From a virus (Duplodnaviria > Caudoviricetes), in the IMG/VR virus record IMGVR_UViG_3300037602_000037: a stretch of 64,000 nt of DNA; one strand, written 5' to 3'. Both the position numbers and the translations under genes were made by a program. How positions within the stretch are numbered: the stretch's first letter is position 1; every line of letters starts with the position of its first letter. The notes under the pieces are model-generated. The model did not search any database, was not told where the DNA came from, and saw only the letters and a list, made by a program, of their open reading frames with translations. Below are positions 48,383 to 56,421 of the stretch, in pieces.

Positions 48383-48736
48383 ATGAGTGCTTATACCAAG
48401 CATAATTCAAAATTTTATTATTCTCTTGTAGATGATAAGTACTCAGTAATTGACCCCGTTACTTGGCATGTAGGTTCCATTTATGGTCCTACTATTGAAG
48501 TGCCTGAAGACTTCAATTTCGATGTATCGATACCTAAAATACTGGTTTGGTTATTCGATCCGCACGATAAACGTTATATTAAAGCTGCTTGTTTGCACGA
48601 TTACATGCTAAGTGAACTTAAGTGGAATAGGTTAACAGCCGCTGCTGAATTTCATGAAGCTTTATTGGCAGATAAAGTACCTATTTGGAGGCGGTTAGTT
48701 ATGTTTTTGGCTACTGCTTTGTATAGGTACAAATAA
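48383..48736 (+). CDS. DUF1353-like protein
   Basis: IEVPEDFNFDVSIP, AACLHDYM. Confidence 0.7.
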   Translation: MSAYTKHNSKFYYSLVDDKYSVIDPVTWHVGSIYGPTIEVPEDFNFDVSIPKILVWLFDPHDKRYIKAACLHDYMLSELKWNRLTAAAEFHEALLADKVPIWRRLVMFLATALYRYK

Positions 48737-48756
48737 TATTATCATAGGATACGATA

Positions 48757-49029
48757 ATGTCAAATAAGCTTATTAAAACTGTTACTGAGGTGAGCGCTCT
48801 ACCTATTGAAAATGCTCCGAAAGACGGTACACTAATTAAGCTACTAGTTGATTATTCAGGTAAAGAATCCCGTTATCCGTTAGATGATTTGAAAGTGGCG
48901 TGGACTATTGGTTTTAACAATCTTGACAATACAGAAATAGACGAGTGGGAAATGGTAGGATGGAATTGGTCACAAGACCATTTTACTAACGGTAAAGGTA
49001 AGGTAATAGGTTGGCTTCCGTTCTTTTAA
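48757..49029 (+). CDS. hypothetical protein (PIExAPKDGT family)
   Basis: PIENAPKDGT...IGWLP. Confidence 0.65.
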   Translation: MSNKLIKTVTEVSALPIENAPKDGTLIKLLVDYSGKESRYPLDDLKVAWTIGFNNLDNTEIDEWEMVGWNWSQDHFTNGKGKVIGWLPFF

Positions 49030-49047
49030 CGTAACATATAGTATGTT

Positions 49048-49071
49048 GGGCTTGTAGCTCAATTGGTTAGA
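49048..49071 (+). pseudogene. 5' fragment of split tRNA gene 2
   Basis: GGGCTTG-TA-GCTC-AATTGGTTA-GA, broken in the D-stem; acceptor strand pairs with 49743-49749. Confidence 0.85.
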
Positions 49072-49080
49072 TATAGTTAC

Positions 49081-49156
49081 GGGGGAGTAGCTCAATGGTT
49101 AGAGCCAGTTGCTCATAACAACTTGGTTGCAGGTTCGAGTCCTGTCTCCCCTACCA
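49081..49156 (+). tRNA. tRNA with CAU anticodon (elongator Met or lysidine Ile2)
   Basis: GGGGGAG/CTCCCCT acceptor, AGTTG-CT-CAT-AA-CAACT, GCAGG-TTCGAGT-CCTGT, CCA. Confidence 0.92.
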
Positions 49157-49171
49157 ACTGTTAGGTGTATA

Positions 49172-49717
49172 ATGAAAGTATCTTGTACTACAAAAGAAAC
49201 TAGGAAGCGAGATAAATTTTTGTTACCTTATTTAAGGAAACTATTTATTATAGACCAAGGTAAAGGTTTGGTACGTAGTAAATATTCGGGTAAACTAGTA
49301 GGTAAACCTCGTAATAAAAACTCTTATGGAGGTATAGGATTAAAAATAAATGGTAAATGCTATTTTATTAATACCCATAGGGTTATTTGGTTAGTATCAA
49401 AAGGTCTTGTACCCGTAGGTTACGTTATAAACCATAAAAACGGAGTCAAAAGTATATCTAAAATATCTAATTTAGAATGCATTTCAGCCGGAAATAATCA
49501 AAAACACGCTTACAGAAATAAATTGAGAAATATTTCTAATAATCCAGGTTCTAATAACGGCAATGCTCTTTTTACCAATAAACAGGTTAGTAAAATTCGT
49601 AAATTGTTTATTGGTAAAAAGAAAAGTAGAAATAACTTTTACAAAGTAGCTAAATTTTATGGTGTTTCTACCAATACAATACGTTCTATGGTAAACAATC
49701 AAACGTATAAAACATAA
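49172..49717 (+). CDS. HNH homing endonuclease
   Basis: THRVIW...VINHKNGVKSISKISNLEC..GNNQKHAY; C-terminal HTH (VAKFYGVSTNTIRSMV); AGGTG RBS before ATG 49172. Confidence 0.88.
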   Translation: MKVSCTTKETRKRDKFLLPYLRKLFIIDQGKGLVRSKYSGKLVGKPRNKNSYGGIGLKINGKCYFINTHRVIWLVSKGLVPVGYVINHKNGVKSISKISNLECISAGNNQKHAYRNKLRNISNNPGSNNGNALFTNKQVSKIRKLFIGKKKSRNNFYKVAKFYGVSTNTIRSMVNNQTYKT

Positions 49718-49753
49718 GATTGGTTGGGGGTTCGAGTCCCTCCAGGCCCACCA
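49718..49753 (+). pseudogene. 3' half of split tRNA gene 2
   Basis: GAT-TGGTT-GGGGG-TTCGAGT-CCCTC-CAGGCCC-ACCA. Confidence 0.88.
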
Positions 49754-49829
49754 TACTATATGCTATTCAAATTCCGCAATGGTGCGGATAGGCGGTTGCG
49801 GCCGTCGCTTTCGACTATAGGAGATAAGT

Positions 49830-50105
49830 ATGTCGGAATCTGAAGAAGTAAGCATGTCTGTTGAGTACCGCATTAAGGAAGTCAAACGTTATATTGTTAC
49901 TAGATGCTATAATATAACGGGTCCAGGTCAATCATCAGGAGGCGTCGAAGAACGCGGTGAATTTCAAAATGCGGATATAGCCTGGGAAGTAGGTTACGCT
50001 TTGTGTAAAGCCGAGCATGAACGACTCGGATATCCGGTAGATGATGAGCGAATCCAGTACCCTCGTCATCCTAGCAGTAGTATCGCTTCACCCAATGTTA
50101 GTTAA
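49830..50105 (+). CDS. hypothetical protein
   Basis: AGGAG RBS. Confidence 0.65.
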   Translation: MSESEEVSMSVEYRIKEVKRYIVTRCYNITGPGQSSGGVEERGEFQNADIAWEVGYALCKAEHERLGYPVDDERIQYPRHPSSSIASPNVS

Positions 50106-50118
50106 GTAACTTAGAACC

Positions 50119-50156
50119 TGGCGGGCTAATAATAAAATTAGCCCGCCAACTTATTT
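50119..50156 (+). terminator. intrinsic terminator-like hairpin
   Basis: TGGCGGGCTAAT / ATTAGCCCGCCA. Confidence 0.6.
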
Positions 50157-50176
50157 GAACGAAAATGGAGATAAGC

Positions 50177-50938
50177 ATGACTCAGAAGATTTTTATTGCT
50201 AAAAGCGACGTTAGTATTGATATTAAGGAAGGCCAGTTGTTCTATTATGAAAAAGGCGGTACGGTTGAACTAATTCCCTCTAACTTTGAACTAGTTCCAG
50301 AAGAACTACAACCAATAAACGCTGATTCTTTAGAGGAAAATGATTTTTTCCTTGACATAGAAAATGATTTGCGTATTGTGGGAGGGGTTACCTCTAAGTA
50401 CGTAGTAACCTTGCCGGTTGAAATTGAGTATACAACTGAAACTATTAGTGAAAAACCTCAACTTAAAGGCGGTCCTGATGTAAGTTTAATAGACGATGAT
50501 TACGACGATGACGACATTGAAGAAGATGATAAACCAATATTTGACACTAGTATGGTGCAGGTAATACGTAAAATTAGGGAGGACATCAAGTCTAAAGTAG
50601 TTAAAATGACTTATGAACAAGCTTTAAACTACGTTAAAGAAATAAGTGGTGAGACTTTTAATAAAAAATATGATGACGATGACGAAGGTAACGATGATTT
50701 CCGTAATCGTTACCTTCGTCGTGGCCATAGTAATATCCTTCCTTACCTTAACAAACACGGGCAAAGATGCGTAGTAACTTACCATTTAAAAATTGATGAT
50801 AAACCGGAAGTAATTAATAAAGAAAATTCCGTAATGTTTAAAAATGATGAGTTTTATAATAAGTTCAAACGCACGTCGCCAATAAAAAATAAAAGGAAAA
50901 TAGGTAGGAGTAAACGTGGTGTAGTAATACACAAATAG
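50177..50938 (+). CDS. hypothetical protein
   Basis: GGAG RBS before ATG 50177; acidic tracts. Confidence 0.7.
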   Translation: MTQKIFIAKSDVSIDIKEGQLFYYEKGGTVELIPSNFELVPEELQPINADSLEENDFFLDIENDLRIVGGVTSKYVVTLPVEIEYTTETISEKPQLKGGPDVSLIDDDYDDDDIEEDDKPIFDTSMVQVIRKIREDIKSKVVKMTYEQALNYVKEISGETFNKKYDDDDEGNDDFRNRYLRRGHSNILPYLNKHGQRCVVTYHLKIDDKPEVINKENSVMFKNDEFYNKFKRTSPIKNKRKIGRSKRGVVIHK

Positions 50939-51100
50939 TACGCTGATCCGGGATGGGGATATTCCGTTGATCGCTACTATATCACAAAATGTTGACCGTG
51001 TTTTGTGATTAGCTTGACTAAATACCAGTTAGTAAACAAGCACGTCCATATTTGAACCTCGCGAATTATGGACAACGGTTTAATTTGAATGGAGATACAT

Positions 51101-51730
51101 ATGACTAAAGTAGTTATTCCCTTGACAGGTGGAATGGACTCTTCCTACATGGTGTACAAAGCCCTTAATATGGGCTTAGACGTTTACCCTCTTATCTTTG
51201 ACGATAGTTATGGTGGTTACTCCATGAGAGATAAGACTATCAAACCAGCTATTAGGGTACTACAACAAGCAGGACTTGCCCACAAAGTTCACATCATACC
51301 CTTCTTTCCCACCAATGTACATAAACTATCTGATGAGCACTACGGTTACACTCCGGGTAGGAATATGCTAATAGCTATGTCTAGTGTTGCTTATGCGGAG
51401 TTTGTTGGTGCTGATGAAGTATGGCTGGGTTTCAACGCTTCACAAGAAGGTTTTTACCCTGATCAAAATCAAAAAATGTTTGATGACATTTCTAATCTGT
51501 ATGAAAGCGTTTACAATTTCAAGGTCACCATTGTTCTTCCTCTTTTAGAAATGACTAGAAAGGAAGTAGTAATTTGGGGTACTCAGCTAGGAGTACCTTT
51601 TGAAGAGACTGTTAGCTGTGTTAATACACCAATATCTGTAAATTGTGGTAAGTGTAACAGGTGTAAAGAACGAAAAGAAGCTTTTAAGTCAGCTGGTATA
51701 CCGGATAAAACCATCTACTATGGGGATTAG
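51101..51730 (+). CDS. queC: 7-cyano-7-deazaguanine synthase QueC
   Basis: LTGGMDS, TPGRN, FYPD, ETVSC...CGKCNRC. Confidence 0.88.
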   Translation: MTKVVIPLTGGMDSSYMVYKALNMGLDVYPLIFDDSYGGYSMRDKTIKPAIRVLQQAGLAHKVHIIPFFPTNVHKLSDEHYGYTPGRNMLIAMSSVAYAEFVGADEVWLGFNASQEGFYPDQNQKMFDDISNLYESVYNFKVTIVLPLLEMTRKEVVIWGTQLGVPFEETVSCVNTPISVNCGKCNRCKERKEAFKSAGIPDKTIYYGD

Positions 51731-51731
51731 C

Positions 51732-51971
51732 ATGAATGACTATAGAATGATAATTATCCATACAATAAACATTGTAGCAATTTCCGTTATAATTGTATTA
51801 ATGTCTGCATTTGGCCATACTATCCCATATATCTACAATGTTCTATTGTATGATGGTTTAAGTAAAACGTCGGCTATTGGCATTTTAACATCTTTTACGC
51901 TAATTGTATTAGTAGTGTTAGTAGCAGCAATATTCAAAATACAATCACTAACTAAAATGTTGAAGGAATAG
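51732..51971 (+). CDS. small membrane protein
   Basis: Two hydrophobic segments. Confidence 0.55.
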   Translation: MNDYRMIIIHTINIVAISVIIVLMSAFGHTIPYIYNVLLYDGLSKTSAIGILTSFTLIVLVVLVAAIFKIQSLTKMLKE

Positions 51972-51976
51972 TTACA

Positions 51977-52326
51977 ATGTTAAAAATAGTAGCCAAATTA
52001 ATACTTTTTTTATCTTCATTATTTTGCTTTTACTAGTTCTATCTTTAACCGGAATGTATAACAGGGTAGAAGCGCACGAGGCTCCTACCGGATGGACTTA
52101 TCCCACGTCTTGTTGCAGCAATAAAGATTGTAGGGAAGTTCCCCACACAGAAATAATCGAAACCCCAAATGGATATCTTATTTCTACTACGAATGAACTA
52201 ATACCTTATGACGATAAACGTATACGGGAAAGCCCGGACGGTTTACACCATAGATGCGCGAGAAGTAACAATTTTACTCCTGACGGTGAAACTCTTTGTA
52301 TATTTGTACCACCGAGCTTATTTTAG
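51977..52326 (+). CDS. secreted Cys-rich protein; N-terminus out of frame at T7 run 52005-52011
   Basis: HEAPTGWTYPTSCCSNKDC...SPDG.HHRC..CIFVP; ATG 51977 with AAGGA RBS joins this frame by a -1 shift. Confidence 0.65.
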
Positions 52327-52337
52327 TTCATTCAATG

Positions 52338-52384
52338 GTTGAAAAGGCGGGTAACTCTTTTTGGAGCTGTCCCGCCTTTTCAAC
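52338..52384. terminator. bidirectional terminator between convergent genes
   Basis: GTTGAAAAGGCGGG / CCCGCCTTTTCAAC. Confidence 0.75.
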
Positions 52385-52391
52385 GTCTATA

Positions 52392-52787
52392 CTAGTATAT
52401 TTTTTTAAGACGCACGTAAGCCTTTGTTGCGTTATGTAGTTTCTTTTTCTTAATCTTTTTCTTAGGTACCCATTCGTACTTAGAACTTTCTTCATTAATC
52501 TTAACTTTGGGAAATTCGTCAACCACTACTTTGTAATAGGCCATCGCTCTATTACGTAAAGTAATCGAGGTCATAAACTTCATTTGCTTAGGTTTAATAC
52601 CTTTTAAACCAGCTTCTTCTTTGGACTCACGAAGAACTGCTTCGATAGGAGATTCACCGGGATCAATATTTCCTCCTGGAAAGTTCCAAAGTCCAGGATT
52701 ATTGGCTTTTGGTCCTCTCTTTAGCATTAGTATTTTGTCTTGACATTCTAATATCAGCCAAGACGACTTCTTGAAATTTTTAGCCAT
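52392..52787 (-). CDS. Nudix hydrolase
   Basis: Nudix box GGNIDPGESPIEAVLRESKEEAG. Confidence 0.9.
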   Translation of the reverse strand: MAKNFKKSSWLILECQDKILMLKRGPKANNPGLWNFPGGNIDPGESPIEAVLRESKEEAGLKGIKPKQMKFMTSITLRNRAMAYYKVVVDEFPKVKINEESSKYEWVPKKKIKKKKLHNATKAYVRLKKIY

Positions 52788-52952
52788 AATTATATTCCTG
52801 GGTTAAAGGTAGATAGATACCGTTGTATACTATATAATTAGGTTGAACACATGTAAAGGTGACATTACCGTAAAATAGTGTATAATATGTTTCGAAGGAT
52901 TAGCGTCAAATAACTTTTGAAACAACCAAATTAGGTAAATAGGATACAAGAT

Positions 52953-53918
52953 ATGAATAACACAGACGAAATTTACCATGATCTATTGAAAAAAGTTTTG
53001 AAGATGCCTGCTAGAGATGACAGAACAGGTACTGGTACACATAGTTTGTTTGGTGCTCAGCTACGATTCAGGAACACATACGAATACTTTCCTTTGGTTT
53101 CTACCAAGAAAGTGTTCTTTAAGGGTGTTGTGCATGAGTTGTTGTGGATGCTATCAGGTGATACTAACATCAAACCTTTAGTAGATGCTGGAGTTAACAT
53201 TTGGAATGATTGGCCTTTAAAGAATTATAATGACGTTATTAATACCTTTAATTTTGATGGTATTGATCGTCAGCTTACTATGGAACAGTATATCAATAAA
53301 ATTAAGACGGACGATGCATTTGCTTCCAAGTGGGGTGACTGCGGTCCTATTTACGGGTACCAGTGGAGGAAATGGCCGATATTCAATGAAATGTCTGAAG
53401 AGTACGGTGGTAATAACTCTATTGACCAGATTCAATTAGCTGTGGACACCTTGAAAAATAACCCGAATAGCAGGCGTATTATTGTAAATACTTGGAACGT
53501 GGCTGACATAGAAGATATGCAAATTTCAGGACTACCTCCGTGCCATATGATGTTCCAGTTCTATACAAGAGAAGTAGAAGAAAATAGAATGTTGGACTGC
53601 CAAGTTTATATTCGTTCTAATGATCTATTTCTTGGGGCTCCATTTAACATTGCTCAATATGCTCTACTAATGCATATTATAGCTAAGAACGTAGGTATGA
53701 TTCCTGGAGACCTTGTGTATACTATTGGGGATGCTCATATTTACACTAATCACGTAGAAGCAGTTAAGCAACAACTAGATCGTGAAATGAGTCACGAACC
53801 TATTACAGTTCGCATCGCTGCTACGGAAGGAACTCCGTTTACTGATATCAAGCCAGAGCATATTGTTCTTGAGGGCTATAACCCACAAGCCGCAATCAAG
53901 GCTAAAGTCGCAGTGTAA
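52953..53918 (+). CDS. thyA: thymidylate synthase
   Basis: DRTGTGT, ELLW, YGYQWR, LPPCH, RSND, PFNIAQY, DAHIY. Confidence 0.96.
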   Translation: MNNTDEIYHDLLKKVLKMPARDDRTGTGTHSLFGAQLRFRNTYEYFPLVSTKKVFFKGVVHELLWMLSGDTNIKPLVDAGVNIWNDWPLKNYNDVINTFNFDGIDRQLTMEQYINKIKTDDAFASKWGDCGPIYGYQWRKWPIFNEMSEEYGGNNSIDQIQLAVDTLKNNPNSRRIIVNTWNVADIEDMQISGLPPCHMMFQFYTREVEENRMLDCQVYIRSNDLFLGAPFNIAQYALLMHIIAKNVGMIPGDLVYTIGDAHIYTNHVEAVKQQLDREMSHEPITVRIAATEGTPFTDIKPEHIVLEGYNPQAAIKAKVAV

Positions 53919-53935
53919 TAAGGAACCTAATTACA

Positions 53936-54370
53936 ATGGATATCTCAAAAAGAAACTTTTTAAAGATAGCTGCGGGTACTGTTGCTGTAGCAGGTCTAGG
54001 ATGGAAATACCCTCCAGCAATTATTACTAACTCTGATAGTGCTCTTAGCAAGGTTAATTCGAATTTAATCATTAACCGAATTAAACGCGATATAGTACAA
54101 ATTCATTTAGAAACTTACGATCATGAAGAAGGTTTTACTAATGATCACAATTTTAGAAGACTAAATGCGTCATTAGCAACTAAAATTTTAGATAAATACC
54201 AAAAGGATAATCTGATTTATGATTTCCAAGTAATATGCAATGACGTAAATAACCCGCCTCTAGTTGTAGCTGATAATGATTTTTGTTTATCAGCTTTCGT
54301 TATTGTAAAAAACTCAACTAAAATAAATAAGATACAAATAGGTTATTCTGATTACTCAGTTACTTTGTAA
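53936..54370 (+). CDS. protein with Tat-like signal and sheath-C-terminal-like segment
   Basis: SKRNFLK + hydrophobic stretch; IYDFQVICNDVNNPP. Confidence 0.55.
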   Translation: MDISKRNFLKIAAGTVAVAGLGWKYPPAIITNSDSALSKVNSNLIINRIKRDIVQIHLETYDHEEGFTNDHNFRRLNASLATKILDKYQKDNLIYDFQVICNDVNNPPLVVADNDFCLSAFVIVKNSTKINKIQIGYSDYSVTL

Positions 54371-54383
54371 AAGGACTACTGAT

Positions 54384-54584
54384 ATGCCAGCCGCTGTAAA
54401 GAAATTAGCACGTAGAATATGGTACGATTGTAGGGGCAGTATACTTCTTAGCCTCACTTTAACACTACCAGCAGGCTCGTTTTTAGCATTCAACGGTGTA
54501 GACTGGAGTATTATACTAAAAATGATGTTGGTGTTATCAGTTTCTTCTTGGGCCATACTGTACTGGCTAATAGGAATCAAATAG
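54384..54584 (+). CDS. small membrane protein
   Basis: AAGGA RBS; two hydrophobic segments. Confidence 0.5.
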   Translation: MPAAVKKLARRIWYDCRGSILLSLTLTLPAGSFLAFNGVDWSIILKMMLVLSVSSWAILYWLIGIK

Positions 54585-54591
54585 GTGTACT

Positions 54592-55401
54592 ATGTCCAAA
54601 GTTCTTTGTATGTTGGTCATAGCCGGGTACACTAGTACCTGTGAGTTACCACGTTATGATCATTACGATGCTAAATTAGAGAATTACGTATTACAGCCAT
54701 ATGATTCTTCATATTCTTCCTTGGGCTATTTTTCTGGCTTACTACAAGTAAAACCGGGTAGCAAAATACCGGATAATCTTAATTTAGCAGCTATACCTGT
54801 ACCCATTGAAAAACCTAAATATACCCCACCTAAACCTAGGAAATCAGCATCAAAAAATAAAAGTAAGCCTAAGAAAAAACCCAATAAAACAATTAGTAAG
54901 GAAGCAAGTGATAATCTAGTATTGTCTTTCGTGCAGCCAGCCAGAGAAGGCTTATCCGCCTTACTGAGAGGTAATGACGGAGATAATGAAACTACTAAAA
55001 ATCCTGTCAAGAAACCTAAGAAAAAGAGTAGTAACTCTGAAAACTATAGAGGTAAAGTAAGACTAATAAAATCAGATGGTAATGAAATAGTTGATTGCTT
55101 CCGTAAGCATAAGCAGCTTTGGAATGCTCTAAAACTAATAGATCGTAAGTACGGCCCTATTATAGTTGAGAGCGGTTATAGAAGTCGTGCTTACAACGAT
55201 AATTTGAGAAGAAAAGGACGAGGGGCTGCTAAAAATTCACTGCATATTCAGTGCAGGGCTGCTGATATACGAGCTAAAAGAGCATCCGTAACCCAACTAG
55301 CTAGGTACGCCAAACAATTACAAAGAGAAGGAAAAATTGGAGGTGTTGGGATATACAGAAGTTGGGTACACATAGATAATGGACGAACTAGATCATGGTA
55401 G
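54592..55401 (+). CDS. peptidase M15A (YcbK-like) cell-wall peptidase
   Basis: SGYRS, AAKNSLH..CRAADI, GGVGIY, WVHIDNG. Confidence 0.85.
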   Translation: MSKVLCMLVIAGYTSTCELPRYDHYDAKLENYVLQPYDSSYSSLGYFSGLLQVKPGSKIPDNLNLAAIPVPIEKPKYTPPKPRKSASKNKSKPKKKPNKTISKEASDNLVLSFVQPAREGLSALLRGNDGDNETTKNPVKKPKKKSSNSENYRGKVRLIKSDGNEIVDCFRKHKQLWNALKLIDRKYGPIIVESGYRSRAYNDNLRRKGRGAAKNSLHIQCRAADIRAKRASVTQLARYAKQLQREGKIGGVGIYRSWVHIDNGRTRSW

Positions 55402-55455
55402 GTTACTACGACGAATTAATTCATTAATATAATCTATTTATTAGAGGAATTAATC

Positions 55456-55944
55456 ATGCCTAACTTAGAAACAGCCGCGAAACAACTTTTGAATAATCGT
55501 AATTTAGCTGTTCAATATTGGTTAAATGCGCATCAAAAAGGTAAAATTAAAAAATACAATAAATTCGGGGTTTTTAAAGCTGATATAGTAGAAAAGGAAG
55601 TAAGAGTAAAAACCATTATAAATGGAAAGATAGAAACTGAAAATACTGCTAAACCCGGTGATTACATTTTAACTGGTTCAAAAAATGAAAAATACGTGCT
55701 AACCGCGGATAAGTTAAAAGATAGGTACGTACCAATACCAGGAGAAGACGGTAAGTACAAGGCAGTAGGAACTTGCTATGGTGTAAAATATTTAGGCAAT
55801 TCTTTTACTTTTAAAGCACCTTGGGGAGAAACTATGGTATGTAAAAATGGAGATATGATAGTATCTACTCATCATAACCCCAATTTAGCTAAAAAGGATA
55901 TTTATAGAATTGAAGCAAACGCGTTTAAAGCGACATACAAGTAA
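55456..55944 (+). CDS. hypothetical protein (PGDY-motif family)
   Basis: AKPGDYILTG..GE.Y, KAPWGE. Confidence 0.7.
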   Translation: MPNLETAAKQLLNNRNLAVQYWLNAHQKGKIKKYNKFGVFKADIVEKEVRVKTIINGKIETENTAKPGDYILTGSKNEKYVLTADKLKDRYVPIPGEDGKYKAVGTCYGVKYLGNSFTFKAPWGETMVCKNGDMIVSTHHNPNLAKKDIYRIEANAFKATYK

Positions 55945-55976
55945 TATTATAGTAATAAGTAATTAAGAGTGTTAAA

Positions 55977-56237
55977 ATGGATTACTACATAAGATATTGG
56001 TTACGCAATTCCTCTGAACCTATGTGCTTTACTAAACACAGCGGTAGTATGCCTGTTCCACATTTGGGTACTTCCATATTTTTATTAGGGGAGGTATATA
56101 AAATAACTGATGTTATAATGGGTTGTTCAAAATATAATGAAATAGACGTTATTGTTGAGCAACATAAAGGTATGCGTAGGATATCTCTACTTGATATGGT
56201 TAATAAAATTAGGAAGTATAATAATGGCCAAAATTAA
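55977..56237 (+). CDS. hypothetical protein
   Basis: ORF track. Confidence 0.5.
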   Translation: MDYYIRYWLRNSSEPMCFTKHSGSMPVPHLGTSIFLLGEVYKITDVIMGCSKYNEIDVIVEQHKGMRRISLLDMVNKIRKYNNGQN

Positions 56238-56421
56238 AGAAATTTCCTTAACTTTGAAGCGTACTATTTCAGACGGAGATTATGGTAGTATTGGATTTAG
56301 TGTAGGTGAAGTAGTATCCTTAGAGGAAGACGACGATATGGATAGAGAGTATAAAAAGTTGAGTAAACGACTTGAAAATAAAGGTACTAAACTGTTTAAT
56401 AAGCTCAAAAGTGCTGTTTAA
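56224..56421 (+). CDS. hypothetical protein
   Basis: AGGA RBS before ATG 56224. Confidence 0.55.
   Translation: MAKIKEISLTLKRTISDGDYGSIGFSVGEVVSLEEDDDMDREYKKLSKRLENKGTKLFNKLKSAV

Larger units (their letters stand above)
49072..49717 (+). mobile_element. tRNA(CAU) + HNH endonuclease cassette inserted in a tRNA gene
   Basis: Lies between complementary halves of an outer tRNA. Confidence 0.75.

Noticed and set aside
49109-49171. N-terminal extension of the second HNH ORF
   Set aside because: Runs through the tRNA(CAU) gene; ATG 49172 has an RBS.
47473-49717. Group I or other self-splicing introns in the split tRNAs
   Set aside because: The inserts are filled almost entirely by a tRNA and an ORF, with no recognisable group I/II core. 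Precise removal would still leave tRNAs lacking part or all of the anticodon arm.
47477-49753. Integrase-type attL/attR duplications of tRNA 3' ends
   Set aside because: The displaced 3' halves are not copies of the intact tRNAs' 3' ends; they pair with orphan 5' fragments upstream. No integrase is present in the window.
52953-53918. Base-modifying thymidylate synthase homolog (dCMP/dUMP hydroxymethylase)
   Set aside because: Retains canonical ThyA motifs including the dUMP-specifying Asn (PFN), and a normal dUTPase is present.
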